Assembly (NCBI GenBank): GCA_965153285.1 | Contig: OZ229110.1 | Length of the DNA stretch: 64,000 bases | Reading direction: 5' to 3' (one strand) | Origin: Podarcis tiliguerta | Taxonomy: Eukaryota | In this document: in pieces, positions 1 to 34,773 of the stretch | How positions within the stretch are numbered: the stretch's first letter is position 1 | How the letters are laid out: each line of letters begins with the position of its first letter | Made by a program: the position numbers and the translations under genes | The notes under the pieces: model-generated | What the model was told of the DNA's origin: nothing | Databases searched by the model: none | What the model saw: the letters and a program-made list of their open reading frames with translations, nothing else

Positions 1-1626
1 CCACACACACACACACACACTCCCTCTAACAGCAGAGATGCTAAAGGATGTTTGTCCGCAAGACTCAGTTCAAAGCTGCAACCAGATTATATTCTGGCCA
101 ATTTTACTTATGTATGATCAAGTTGATAGAAGTGGGTTTCGGTAAGGAAAGGGACAAAGTCCTGTTTGGCTGTGTAGCTCACTGTAGTTACTTTGAAAAA
201 GACATATATATTTTTAACCAACTTCACAGAATAGTGGGAAGAATAAGAGGTGGTTATTAGACGACATTGTTGAACCACATCACGCTCAGCCCCAGCCTGT
301 ATTGCCAATGGTTCAAGCTGATGGGAGTTTTCATCCAACATCATCTGGAGGGCCACAGGTTCCCAATTCCTATTATAACTGGTCCTCAGCCTTTAGGTTA
401 GATGAAAAAGAAAAACCATGTGCCTCATACATGCACAAATATAGGCCAAGCAGAAAGAGCATCAGTGGAAGTTAGCAGGCCATCAAACCTCATGCAGTAT
501 GTGTGCTCAGTCAGGGCACGGTGACAGCTAATTTTCTCAGTGCTTCCTGCTGTGAAGAACAGCTCAAGGACTCTCTTGAGCTTCTATTCTCGAGGGTTTG
601 GCTTCGGACAGTCTCGGAACCTCATTATCCCTCAGTTTTATTTAAATACCATTATTGAATAATTGATATCCAGTAAGTGTAGAAAGCATCTCTTCCAGTG
701 TTCAGTGTCCCACAGAAAAGGGGGGAGGGGAGGAAGCATCCCTTCCTTTCATTTAGAAAACAAAACAAAAAACATCTTAGAACATATTTCCAGAATGTGA
801 GTTGTTACTTATAAACATCAGGAAAAAATGCAACTGTTAATGTTAATTGACACACCTCTGGGACATTATGTAAAGTGAATTTAAGGCATAAAACCCCATG
901 AACACAGTGGATTGCAGAGATCTGCAGCCTTATACAAAAGTCATTGCAGGGATTTAAGATACAGTGTTTGTAATATTAAAGTGTGCCTGATGAATTTTTC
1001 CAGAATTAGAAGTCATTTCCAGCTTAAATGCAACATACAGGTTATGGGTCTTTTAAGAAGAGGGTTATTGTTTGGTTTGGGCTAAGAAATTATCAGTCAG
1101 AACCAACAAGATTTCCCCCTTCTGGCCATGAAATACTAGGTTACGTGCTGTGGCTGCTTAATGTTTAAAACAGAGTGCAGATAGTTAGCAACCATATTTA
1201 ACCAAGTTCTATGAAAGATTAAGGGACAACAAGATATTACAGCACTGGCCTGGCTTGCACATGACACCAAGCCACAGTTTAACAAACCACAAATCAAGAC
1301 TGAATTGGCCACAGATGCTTTTCTTCTTAATTTCAGGCGTGTTTAAAGGAACTATTTTAATCAGGTTTAATGGCAAACATGAAAATAAAATGCAGGAGAA
1401 AGTGGTTGGCAGTTTTGGAACAGGACATATTTGTGTGTGTACAAAACACTTCCAAAGGCACAGCTGCACGTATTTGATCCTATATGGAACATAAGAATGA
1501 TTAATTTGTTTGTAAAATCTGTGAGAGAGGGGCTTAAGAAATATTTGCATGCGTCAAAGATTTTTCTTCAGTTTGTCTACTTTTTCTGGTGTGGTCTGTA
1601 CAATTTAATAATGTATGTGTCAAGTA

Positions 1627-1633
<7 letters not shown>

Positions 1634-1660
<27 letters not shown>
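1634..1660. repeat. poly-T tract
   Basis: Seen directly. Confidence 0.9.
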
Positions 1661-4584
1661 GTTTTAAGCCAAGACCAAAAAAGAAACTCTTGCTTCTTTA
1701 GCTTCCATCATCTGGCAGATGAGTTCTAGGCTGAAGCAAAACAAATGTTTGTCTTAATTATCCTCTGCAAGATCTAAAAATAGCAGATGAAGAATTGCTG
1801 TAGAAGTCTTGGAAGAAAATGTTGACACTGAAGAGTTTAGTTTCTATTTAAAGTAGTTTGTCTCCGCCAGTATCACACCTACTTATTAACATCTTGTTTC
1901 TTCATTTTAAACTAAAGCAAAGTATGCTTCTAACATGCAGAAGCAACACTAAGCTGTCCATCAAGTCTATAGAAAGTAGGAGTTGGGAGTACAACCTGTC
2001 CTATCAAGTCTTTACTGTTCATTACAAAAATATCCTCCCACTTATTTTCTGTCAACTCCTTTTGCTGATACGGCTCATCCACAAGTATATTTTAAACTTA
2101 TCTGGGTTGGTGGGAAGGGGAGGTCACAGACTCAGAGGTTAATTTAGTTGAACTGGCCTATGCCAAGCCATAGGGTATACCTTTATAACACTAAGCAGAA
2201 CAGGTTTTATACCAATGTGAAATCAAAGTAGCTGCCATCATTCTGTTACATTTTCTATCAGGCTAGGAAGGTGCCATGTTAACCCTGAAGACATAGCTTG
2301 AGCACCGCTCCTAGTTAGCATAGAGATCATAGGAAATCTCATCATTTCCACAGTAAGCATTATAACTACTTCGTTGCTTGACAACGCAAATAGGTTTGAC
2401 CATTGCATTGTGCTGTTTTACAAGTGATGAGTCAGGGATGCTGGGTCAGGTCGAGTAAGACCGAGTGAAAGCCTGGATTACTGTACAGGTAGTGAATCAT
2501 CCTGCTGAGAACATGCTTTGAGTGGATGGGGTCATGAGTGGAACAGAGTTATTTCATATGTGCTCTTCATTCTAAAAGTTGAAAAAAATTGTCAATTTCA
2601 AGCTGAAATGTCACTTTGTGACAAAATGGCACCAGTCTCATGGAGAAAAAACAAATAGTGTGCTCTGAGTCAGAAGCCTAGCTGGGGGGGGGGGGGCACT
2701 GGCTGCCACACTGTGGCATGTGCCGTGTGGCAGTGACACGGTGGCTCAGGCGCCTGCAGGCTCGCAGTGAGGGGCTTGCGCCTGCCTGCCATCTCTTCCT
2801 CAGCTGCCGTACAGCTGAGGGGGAGGCAGCGGCAAGGCTCTGTGCCCTGGCTTGCCCCACCCAATAGGAGGCTTGCCCTAACCCCATGGGCAGCTCATCT
2901 GGGCGCAGGGCATGTGCACTGCCCTGGGCACCTGGGCGGCTAGCTGTGCCACTGCTCTGAGTGATTCCCAACTGCTATGAAAATAGAATGATCATGTAAA
3001 TTATAGCAAAATAGTATGAGTGCCTAACATAGCTCCATCCTGTTAGTGGGTGTGGTGATACAATTTAAAATTCTAGTGTTGTGCGGGGATGGGCGGCTGA
3101 ATGCTGAATACTCCCCTTGCAACTGCTTTTCTCCAGTTGGACTTGCTTTCAGTACTGGAGCCCACTCTTGAGATGAGCTTGGGTGAGTTTAGCACATCTT
3201 GCCTGGTCTCCCACTTTTTGTATTCCAAATTGTACCTTGCTTTGCACTTCCTTGGTGCTAAGGATGGAGGAATTTCTCAGTTTCGCATTTTTCTGATATT
3301 CAGATCTCCAAATTTCTGCATTCGTTTGTGATTTTCTTTTCTTTCAAAAAGTCCTCATGAAATGTGAACAGAACTGGATTTCCCTTTCTATCCTCTCTTG
3401 CAGCAGATCTGCTTTCAGAGACACTGATCTATGGCCATTGCATGTCATTTCGTTTGTTGTCATATAGCTCAATCTCATTGCTCCCTCTTCTCTAATTGAA
3501 CTGGTTAAAAAGAATCAGTTTAATAACTGGTGTTGTGATTACCATTCTATGCTAGGGTGCTGTGCTGTGCTGTGTGCTACTTCTTTATGTTCTTTCTTAG
3601 TTTTTTCCAGAAATCTAGAAATCCAACTCAATCTGTCCCATTAAAGAATACTAACATCTCGTTTCTGCTGACATGAGCAAAGACTTGCTGGGAGGCGGGC
3701 AGGGGTTTTGGATGAGTTTTATGGGTATCTGATGCATAGCATTTCTTTGAAGCCTCAATGACCTGAAGATACTGGTGCTGAACACAACTGATTTGGAGAG
3801 CCAATCGGCCATGTCAGAAAATGAAAGGCTGATTAAAATCAGATGTTGCCTTTAAACTGAGCTCCCTTACATAAGCAAATTGTCGACAAATGACATCATG
3901 CTACTATAGAAATACTAACTCCTGTGCTTCATACTCTCTCACCCTCTCTCTCTCTCATTCATTTTAAAAACTTAATCATGAGTGCCTTGTAAAGTGACAG
4001 CAAAATTCCACCCCTAAAAAAAATGCAGTACAGCATGAACAACTATTTACTGTTCAGAATAATTTTTTTTGCTAGCTAAGCAAAAAGTATAACTGGTATC
4101 ACAAAATACACAATGTTGTTAGATTGGGCTAAATCAGAGGTATCCAAAGTTATGTACTATCTAAAGCATACAGTGTGTTTTGCATAAGGAATAGTTTGTC
4201 TCTGTGAACTTGTGTACATATTATCTTATACAAATTCAGCCCCTTCCTGAAATCCCTTAATTGGTGGCATCCCACTGGCAGACCCAGGCTTGAGATTTGT
4301 CTGCCCCAAACAAGTCATTAGGAATAAATGAAGGAGAAAGCTCATGGTTATTCTAGAGTGAGATAAGCCATGAGTGCAGGTTCACACATAGTGCTAAACT
4401 AGACAATGGTTTTAGCTAGCACAGTGGCCATGATTTTTGCTCTGGGATTTTACATATCTGCTCCCTTACTCTAAGTAATATGAGAACATAGTTTGTGATG
4501 AATGCATTTCAATTCTTGGGGGGGGGGGGGTGTCATAGCTTTTGAGGCTTAAAAAGTTATATTTGTTTTTTAATTTTCCCTCAG

Positions 4585-4886
4585 TCAATCCAGTGGAAGA
4601 AGGAGATCATCTGCATAAAAAGGAAAAGCAGTATTTCTTTCAACCTGACCAATGATCATCAGTTGTGTAGAAAAAAGCAGAAAAGTTTTCACTGACTATG
4701 GAGTTTGGTGGGCAAGGCTGAGAGGGACCATGCTAAGGGCTGCCTGAAAGTGCCAGCTGCGGACGGAAGAGGTGGATGCAAAGAGGCACATTGAGCACTT
4801 GGAATGTTTTCTGTCAGGTAGCATCAAGGAGGGAGAGGCCACCCCAGCCTCAAGACGTGCAGCGTGAGACGTAAGGACCATCTCAG
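4585..4886 (+). other. candidate upstream (5'UTR) exon of the USP6NL-like gene
   Basis: ttttccctcag| acceptor at 4584 and CAG|gtaagg donor at 4886. Exon 1 of the CDS begins with an acceptor, so an upstream exon must exist. No transcript evidence for this one. Confidence 0.35.
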
Positions 4887-6621
4887 GTAAGGCCTTCCGT
4901 GTTTCATCTGCAGCATTCACTGGTTTCATTTCCTGTGAATGCTTATGTGGATTTAGTGCTTTTGACAGAGCAGAATAAATACTGAGGCTAAATAAAGGGT
5001 TACCATTATTTAGGGCTTCCAGCTTGTGTACTGACCTAGTTAGTATACTCTAAAGAAAGAAAGGGAGACTCAAAAGGCTGAGACTTCTGCTATTCCTGGA
5101 CTTTTTCAGTGCAGTTGGAATCTCATGATGAAAGAGACCCAAGTTTTTGCTGCTCTACAGTTTTTCACCCAATTTGCATGCCTTTTTCTGCTGGGGAGGT
5201 CTACCCCAGGAGGCTTGAAACCAGTTCTGAAACACCTCCATGTTCTGTGATCAGCTGTCATCCTTCACAATCCTGGCAGCATTTGTACCACACAGAGTTG
5301 GCCACCATTTCATAATGTTCTGCTTAACCTATTCCATGGATCAGGTTAGGTGGAAGAACTTACTCCTGATGTTAACTATCTGTTCTTTCCAACCACATAA
5401 CCAAATTTATTGTGCGTACGGGAGTGTACCTGTCATGAGCCCTACGGAGACCTCTTGGCATGACTAATCAGAAAGACAGGAGAGATAGGATAAGAGGGGC
5501 AAGCTTGTTGTTTGGGAGAGGCCCGAGTAGTCTTATCAGAAGACATCCCCACCTCAGTGGTGCCAGACATTCCAACAAAAGATGGAGGTGCATCCACTAC
5601 CCTCCTTCATGAACCGATGGCAGTCTTGTATTTTAGTATCTGGTTACCATTAAATTCCTGTAAGGTGCACAGGGGGTTTCATAAATGCAGAATAAGTGCT
5701 AAAATGTATCTTCAGTACCACCCACCCCTTCAGGGACATTTTTCTTGCCCTAGGTATCCCAAGACTAGAAGTAACCCATGCAAAATGAAAAATAGCCAAA
5801 AGAAATGGGCTTAGGACTAAATTTTAGTTGAGAGAGGTGTTCAGCACTCTCCATTCTTCTTTATTTTTAATTGCCCTTCAATCCTGACCTCTGTTTTATG
5901 GAATTTGGTGTGGCCTGTATTCTAACACAGTGGTTGTGCTGTCGTCTCATGCAGTTAGACTGGTATAAGTGAACGACAGGATAAATTAACTCTGGTTTTT
6001 ATCTTGAACCATTCTGGACTGGTAGCTTTCTGTCTCTATTTAAAAAGCATTATCAACATGTTTGATTAGAAGAGTGTCTAGGATTGCAGTTGCATTCCCC
6101 TTGTCATCACAAGTATGAGTCACAGTTTCAAGTCAACCCTTTCCTGTTGTTTTATTGCTTTTGTAGTTGCTTTGTGTATCTTATATTTTTGCTATGTTTA
6201 TTTTATACTGTTGTAAGTGGACTTGACTTGGCATATTATTATATATAATGGAATATAATTTTCATTGTAAATCAATAATACTATATGTATATTCCTATCT
6301 GTAGAAAATTTGATAAATGTGATTGAAAACCGGGAAAGATTTTGAAGGTGCTGCTTCTTGCAATAATTACCTTTAGTTGCCTGTCTTTTTCTTGCTGGTG
6401 GTGATTCCCCCCTCCAAAAAGCTTGAGTTGTGCAATATGAACTCAGTATATATTTTATTGGGATTTTGCAGCTTAAGCCTGTTATTTAGCTTTATGATAA
6501 GGTTTATGGCTTTTAGTTGTAAGCGAAGCCTTTTTCTATTAGCACATTTGCCCCCCACCCCTGCTATGACTGCTGCTTATAATGTCATTGTTTGCCTTTT
6601 CCTTTTCTTACAGCCTTTGAC

Positions 6622-27673
<21,052 letters not shown>

Positions 27674-30600
27674 TAGAGCTGAGAATGAGGAGATTAAGGT
27701 TTCACAGCGCTTATTCATGAGAGGTTTGGAATGAGAAAACACAGCCTAAGGAGGCAACTGCATTGCCAGTCATACTGTATACCAATAATTCAGGATGGAG
27801 CTTAGAATACAGGCCAGTAGACAATGCCTGTAGATGGATTCTTTACAAATTTGGGTTCTCCTCTTCAGACAGCTCCCAAAGTGCTTTGGAATCCGGCTTT
27901 TCATCTCCTCTTTCACACCTGAGTAGATGTCTAACAGATTTAACCTGACAAAACCATTTGAACTATTTCTTTCCAAACCCTTACAGCTGAAAATTTAAGG
28001 TGAGCATTAGAACACCAGGGAGGTGGAAGGAATCATTTAAGGAAGCAGGCGGACCACTCAGCTGTAGGTTTGGGCCAGTAGCACATCTTTTCAGTAGCAA
28101 TAGTGGTGCGGCTCTTCTGTTTCAGTCTAGCAGCCAGTGTAGTCCTGTAAATTAAGCAGTGGATGATTCATGCCAGGAAAGTTAGCTTTTACAGCATCTA
28201 TGCAATATCCAGCACACATTGTCCATGTGTGTGTTCTCTTGCAGTGAAACCAGGCGACTCAGCATGCCTGTTCTTTAGCTCCCTCACTTGTTTGCACTGA
28301 TGAGGATTCTCAAAGATTAGTAAAAATATTTCATGCAGAGGAATGCTTTTCTGTTCAGTTGTACTGTGTGATGTGCTGCACATAGAGAGCAAGGGTAGTT
28401 TCTGAAAGAAGCCGAGGTGGTGGGCTGGATTCCATGCAACTCACCAGAGATGGGTTCATGTCCTTGGACCACTTGCATCACCAGGAGGGGTGACTGTGGC
28501 AGACAGAAGAACTGTAGGAGGGTCTGTCTACCCATCTCTCCCTCTGTATTTTTCCTGTGCAGATTCTGGAAGTGAGCTGGCTCACAACCATGCAGGTGAC
28601 TCAAAAAAGCTTCTGTAAAGAGGGGCTGTACACTTGTACAAAAACCAGAACTGCTCTGTTATTCTTAGGCTGTTGGCAAACCACAAGAGTCCCGTGGAAT
28701 TGACACTAAGGATACCATTTCCAGCCTAGCCTTGTGGAAAGCATGTTGGAGATGATAGGAAAGTCACCACAATTCTTGTGAATGTTCACACAGACATAAG
28801 CCCACTGATTTCATTGGAGCTTACTGCTAAGTAAGTGTGCATAGGATTGCAGCCTTTACTTTCCTAGATCCTTGATGCCATTCTTTGCCCATTTGTCTGC
28901 CAACAAAATGCAAAGTGGCCAAGACAGAAGACATAGCTTTAGAAGATAGCCTTTTCTAGGAACGTAAGGTGTGCTTTAAGAACGCGTATAGTCCTAAAAA
29001 CTATAGCTTTAGAAGGGAGCTTTCCTAAGGCCTGGTTCTTCAAATACAAGCTTATACTTCATGCCCGACCTTCTTTCCAGAGCTGTTGTCCATCAGTATT
29101 TGCCCCCAGCCTTTTCAATGGATTGTCTAGTTTTTACTCCTGGGGCCAAGAAATGCCTCCTTAAACAGATGTCTGGTTTGAAGTGAAGGACTGGATAGTG
29201 CACAGTTGCTTGTTTGAATGGTCTATTGCTTTTTAATATTTTTACCTAGAAGTGAGGGAGCAAAGCAAGCAGTCTGCAGCTGGCAATCCTAACTTCCCTT
29301 TGCTAACCACAAGGAGAGGTTACTTGTTTAGCCCTGGGAGCCAGGAATTCTTCTAATGTCACAATAGCTTTGTTTATGATTTTAGGGGCTTGTATAACTT
29401 CTTGTCTGCCTCTTCCTTTGGTGAGATGGGGAAGAGGGAATAATAATCCTTAATTCTTACCTCATGGGGTGGTGTGAGGCCTAATGATTAGTTAGTTCTT
29501 GCAGTGTTCTTGAAGGAAAAGAAGAATGGCGATGGGGGAAGACAAAGATTGTGCTTGTGTGGAATTTTACATTTTACTTCCCTAACTGCTGCACAATTGT
29601 CGAAAAATGTTTGTGTATATCAGTCGTTCCAGGATAGTATTTCAAGGGTAAAGACTGATAAGTCTTCATTTTGCTCATTGGCTTCTAGAACAGAAAGAAA
29701 AGTGTTGAAAAACTCTTGATATCTAGGTTAGATTTCCCTCAACGCGCACAAGACTCCTGTTTGCTGTAGTTGGAGCAAAGGTTAATAGGAAAAAGATGGG
29801 ATCCTGTTTAGTCAAATATGTGTTCATTCTACCAGTCTGATCTTCCAATTTCTGTATTATTATTTTTACGTGTACCTCCATTTTCAGTCTAATAAGGTAC
29901 GATCAGAATTAAGGTCATCATGCAATACATTAGTTTTAAAGGTGCTTATCCAGAAATATTTCACAGCTGTCAAATGCACATCCCAGTTAGCACCTACATG
30001 CCTTGAACTTGTGACGCACATTTTCCACAAAAAGAATTGCTAATGGACAATATATGCTCTAGCTAATTGCAGTAGGACAGCCAATAGTTACCTTAAGGAA
30101 AGGCGACATTCCAGGCCCCTGCTGAGCTTTAGAGCACTGTGCCCTAGTGGAAACAGCAGATGTTGCCTCAATTAGACCTTTGGCTACCAGACAGCCAGAG
30201 AGCAGGACTGTGGCCCAATTAAAGTTTAAGATTATTTTTCAAAAATTATTATTAATGCGTGCCACACTCTTCCTTGTACAACTCCTGGCTTCAAAATGTT
30301 CATCTGTTTCCTGGGCCACAGATGTCTGAGCAGTGCTATAACATGTGGTCTCAAAATCAGCTGTTTAATTTCTGGAGCACTATATGGTTCAGTAATAGAC
30401 TGGTACGATGACAAGCCACAGTGCCTATCTGTGTGCATGTCCTTTTTCATACAGCAGAACCAAGCTGGCTGTTGCTGTTTCGTTGTCCTAGCTTTTTTGT
30501 GCCCCTGTCTACTACAGACTCCCAAAGAACTGCACAGGAACCAAGGGACACTTTGAAACAAAATGAACTATAACAGAGCAGGCTCTGGACCAAATATACT

Positions 30601-31076
30601 CTATGAACTAGTCACGTTCCTCCAGCCCATTGGCTTTCCAGCTGTTTCTTTTGGAGCCTTTCCTTTTCTCTTGATTCATACTGGGGCATTCATGGTCCCT
30701 CTGCCCCCCCCGCCCCCCCCCCCGATCATAAGCCCGTGGCAATGAGCTGCTTCTCTTAAGGGCTTCCTTAAGAATCTTGGGTTACTTTTTGCCTTTATAT
30801 TGATTGCATATGCTGATCAGATTGCTTGCATTCTTCAATTGCAATGCATGTATGACTCACTAAACTGACCTTGCAGGAAAGCTCTAACACTTTCAACTTT
30901 TCCTTACAATGGGAGGGAGTACAAATGTGAGTTAAGGGTAAAGGAGTTCTAAAAATGACAGTATCATGGCCTGATTTGCTGTGAACCAAGGAGGACAAGG
31001 CATTTTTCTCCATGCAATTGATCAAAAGATGCAGGATTCTTTGCTGGGCTACTCTCCTTGAAACACAGCAAAATCC

Positions 31077-31082
31077 AATAAA
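31077..31082 (+). promoter_or_regulatory. candidate polyadenylation signal (AATAAA) of the USP6NL-like gene
   Basis: First AATAAA I found after the stop, followed by T-rich sequence. Confidence 0.35.
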
Positions 31083-34000
31083 TGTCTAGAGTTTTATTTA
31101 ACCAGCGTGCTCCTTAAAAGGGGCAAATCCCCAAAGAGGAGCAGACTTTGTATCACCTTCTCAAGGCATGACACTTCTCAAGCCAATAACTTGAGCAACC
31201 CACAGATCACTGCAAGGGGGGGGGGTGAACCTCTGTGAGGAGTTGCAGCAGACATTAACCATGTGTAAGGTTACTAGGAAAATGTATAAAGCAACTCTCT
31301 GGTCCTACCCAAAGTTAGGTAGATACCTAGAGGATAAGACAGGCTATTCACCCATCTTGTTTATGCTTTAGAGGTGTAACTGTCTTATTTACATTAGAAA
31401 TGTAAAATGTAACTTTACATATAGGAGTTGGTCACAGTGCATATTGTACTTTGAAAAGGCATTCAGATAATAACAGTTGTGCAGGTATTAGTAAAACCTG
31501 GATGAAATAGTAATTAATGTTAGATGTATTTAAAATGTACGATTTCCCTAGGCAGTACAGCCACCCAGGTAAAAACTGATAAACAATGCCTACCCAGTAG
31601 GATCTCTGATGTTCATATGTGCAACATTCCCTGTGTGCAGCATTCTCATGTTAAAACCCAGGTGGAAGCATTCTCTATCTGCAGTTATTGTCTAAATCTC
31701 TTTGTTGAGGGACTTTGTTGTCAAGCTCATACAAACATTCTTCTCTGCCAGTGGCCTGTTCCAATTCTAGTTTGGAAGCGGCTGTTTCAAACTGGAACAG
31801 TAGAAAGGAGGGCACGGTACTTTGTTTCCCTTGTTGATTCACTCCCCCCCCCCCAAAACTCCCTCAAATCCGACCAACCTCTCTCTTGGAAATGGCACTG
31901 GGACCAAAGCAAATGTGAGAGTGACAAGGGGCATAAGAGAGCTTACCTTGGTGCGCATGCCTGAAATTCTCCACCCTAAATTTTAGTTCAGTGTCACGTG
32001 CAGATAGGAAACCAATTTGATTCTGCTCTAACAGCACAATTAAATTTGAGACATTATGGAAGTGGACCAGAATGCTAAAGAATTCAGCCGGGATGCCTGC
32101 AGCAAAAAAAGAGGATTAGGTAATGCAAGAGTGTAAAACAGACTCCAAACAGGATGCAAGAGGGACTAGTACAGTGCATCTTACGTGGAAAGGTAAGAGA
32201 GGGTATTTAACCGAGATAGTAGTTTTTCATCACACAGTCTGTTTTTCAGGTTCTCTCAGCTGGAGAGGACTAGTGAGGAGTTAGAAAAGGAGCAACTTTT
32301 AGTCCAGTATTCTAGCAACATTAGGGATGCCCTTGTACAAACTAGACTGCCATATGCAGAAAGCTACTTGGATTTCAACGGCATCTAGTTTAGGGACTAT
32401 ATTACATGGTGTTTTGTAAGCTTAATGCTTCCTACTTTTGGACAACAATGCATTTATCACCTCTAGTTGCAAAGTGAGCTCTAGAGAGGTTTGCTAGTGG
32501 TATTTTTCTTTTGATGCCATTATTTCCTATTCAGGTTTGCCCCCTTTTGCTATAGGAGCGTGCCCACTGTAAGTCAAGACAGGACAAGTACAATATCTCC
32601 CTTGAAAATAATGTGTGTGCTTGGTGGGGGCTGTGGAATATTCAGTGCAAAGACGCTTACTTGTGCAAGTAGGCAAACAGCAACCTCGCCTGCTCTATAG
32701 CAAACAATGAATGGCTCCTACAGCCTTCCTAAGTAAGGGGAATGGAGCCAGTATTTCTTTAGGAACTCAGGAAAATACTCCCTCCCCCCACCCCAATCCC
32801 CAAATGGTGTGCATGTAGCCGAGATGTATTTAGTTTTAATGTTCAGCTAGGGGTTGGATCAGATCCAACACTTTTGAGCAGAAACAGTACAGCCACGTGG
32901 CAGAAATTCAGCATGGAGGTTCTGGAAACTCTTCCATTGTTGAAATTTGTAACCTCTGCAGTTCAGTAGATTGGTCCTTTTGTGCACTTTGATCGCTCTG
33001 CTGCCATTGTCTTTTTTTATTATTACATTTTAATTGCTATTCTTGTTTACACTTCTTGAGAGCTTCCTCTGTAACTCCGTGTATTGTATTATTGCTTTCA
33101 TGCCTTTTTATGTATATGCTTTTGGGGGGTGGGGTGGGAGGGCAAAACAAAAACCATTCACTTTTTTTATTCTGATCCAGAAGGACTGTACAGTGTTCAA
33201 ATGCTGTGTTTTACATGGTTGTAATAACAGTTAAATTTTAGCACAAACGGCTGCAAATTGATTCTGTAATTTGACACGTGTGGATTTATTTCTCACATCC
33301 CTTCTTGTGCTGAGCTCTTGGGCTGGGCTGGACTAAGCCACTCAGCTAGAGAGCACCAAGAGTTCCCATGGGCACTGGGCCTCTTCCTATGGCTGCTGGA
33401 AGAAGTTAGATGTGGAGAGGAGGGAACTAGAAGTTAATCACCATTGTTCATCCTATGAATCTTACTTAGAATAAATTTGGCCTAACTGTTGCAGCACCAG
33501 GTATGCCAAGCCTGAAAGATAATATTTGTAATCAACATAGAACATTGCTAGATCACTGCTTGTCAGCATTATTCCCTTGGCTAAGGATGTATTTTGCTTG
33601 GAGACACTCTGTAGTAGCTGGGGAGCAATGATTTCAGGTAATCTTTTGCTGGGATGGTGCCAAAACTTTGAAGTTGCCTTCATGTGGACAGTACTATAAG
33701 TTTTTTTTGTGTGTCCCCCCCTGGATGGTTAATATCCTTTCTGGGCTAATGGCAGGCAAATTCTAGTTTTCTGGTTCTATAGTACTTCACGCTAAGAATA
33801 TGCAATAGTTGTAGGCTGTGGCCTGTGACCCGATAAACTAAAACAATTGTCTGCAAGTGGTGGGTCATGACTCGCTCCTGCATAACAGCCTGACTGAACT
33901 TGGGTCACAACAGAACCACATATATATAAGCTTTAAAAATACAAAGGAATGGGCCCCTAAAGCACAATTGAGCTTCTGGTTCTGAAAAGGTAGAATGCTA

Positions 34001-34524
34001 CTTAAAAGTACAGCAATAATTTACAAGGATGGCAATAATTTGCAAATTCTTCAGTTTTACAGATTATTCCCCTCTACTGTGCAGATCAGATGTCAATCAC
34101 ATGCATCTCAGATGGATTTTGTGTTTTCTTCCATAAGCAGCTAATTCCAGCTTTGCTCTTTGTTGCTGATACGCAGAGGTCTATAAAATTATGCATGGCA
34201 GGGAGAAAGTAAGTTTTTTCTCCCTTGTTAATACTAGAACATGAGATCATCCAATGAAACGGAATATGGGAAGATTCAAGACAAAAGGACATAAACGGAA
34301 TCCACTACCGCAAGGTATTGTTAGCAATGGTCAGCAAGACTGATGGCTTAAAAAGGGAGCTGGGCAATTTCATCGAGGATAAAGCTATTAATGCCATGAT
34401 AGCTGTGTACTATTACCAATATTGGTGATGTTATGCCTCTGAATACTACTTAATGGGGAGCAGCAGTGCGGAGAGTGCTACTGGGTTCCTGTGCTGCTTC
34501 TAGGTTTCTTGTAGGCATCTACAA

Positions 34525-34773
34525 GAGAGCCAGTGTGGTGCAATGGTTAAGAGTGGTAGTCTCGTAATCTGGTGAACCAGGTTCACTTCTCCGCTCTTCC
34601 ACTTGCAGCTGCTGGGTGACCTTGGGCCAGTCACACTTCTCTGAAGTCTCTCAGCCCCACTCACCTCACAGAGTGTTTGTTGTGGGCGAGGAAGGGAAAG
34701 GAGATTATTAGCCGCTTTGAGACTCCTTTGGGTAGTGATAAAACGGGATATCAAATCCAAACTCTTCTTCTTC
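34525..34773 (+). mobile_element. tRNA-derived squamate SINE, about 250 nt, nested in an older CR1-type 3' end (about 34320-34856)
   Basis: A-box-like TGGTGCAATGG, B-box-like GGTTCACTTC, body GGGTGACCTTGGGCCAGTCAC, (TTC)n tail. The flanks join into a CR1-like 3' end finishing ATGTTCTTA. Confidence 0.75.

Noticed and set aside
1337-1612. Acceptor/donor pair with ORF MINLFVKSVREGLKKYL... as an upstream coding exon
   Set aside because: The best donor gives phase 2, which hits a stop when joined to either 4585 or 6614, and I recognise no homology.
2680-2955. GC-rich patch as a possible promoter of the TBC gene
   Set aside because: Short, CpG-depleted (many TG/CA), and it ends in TAGCTGTGCCACTG, which looks like a decayed DNA-transposon terminus.
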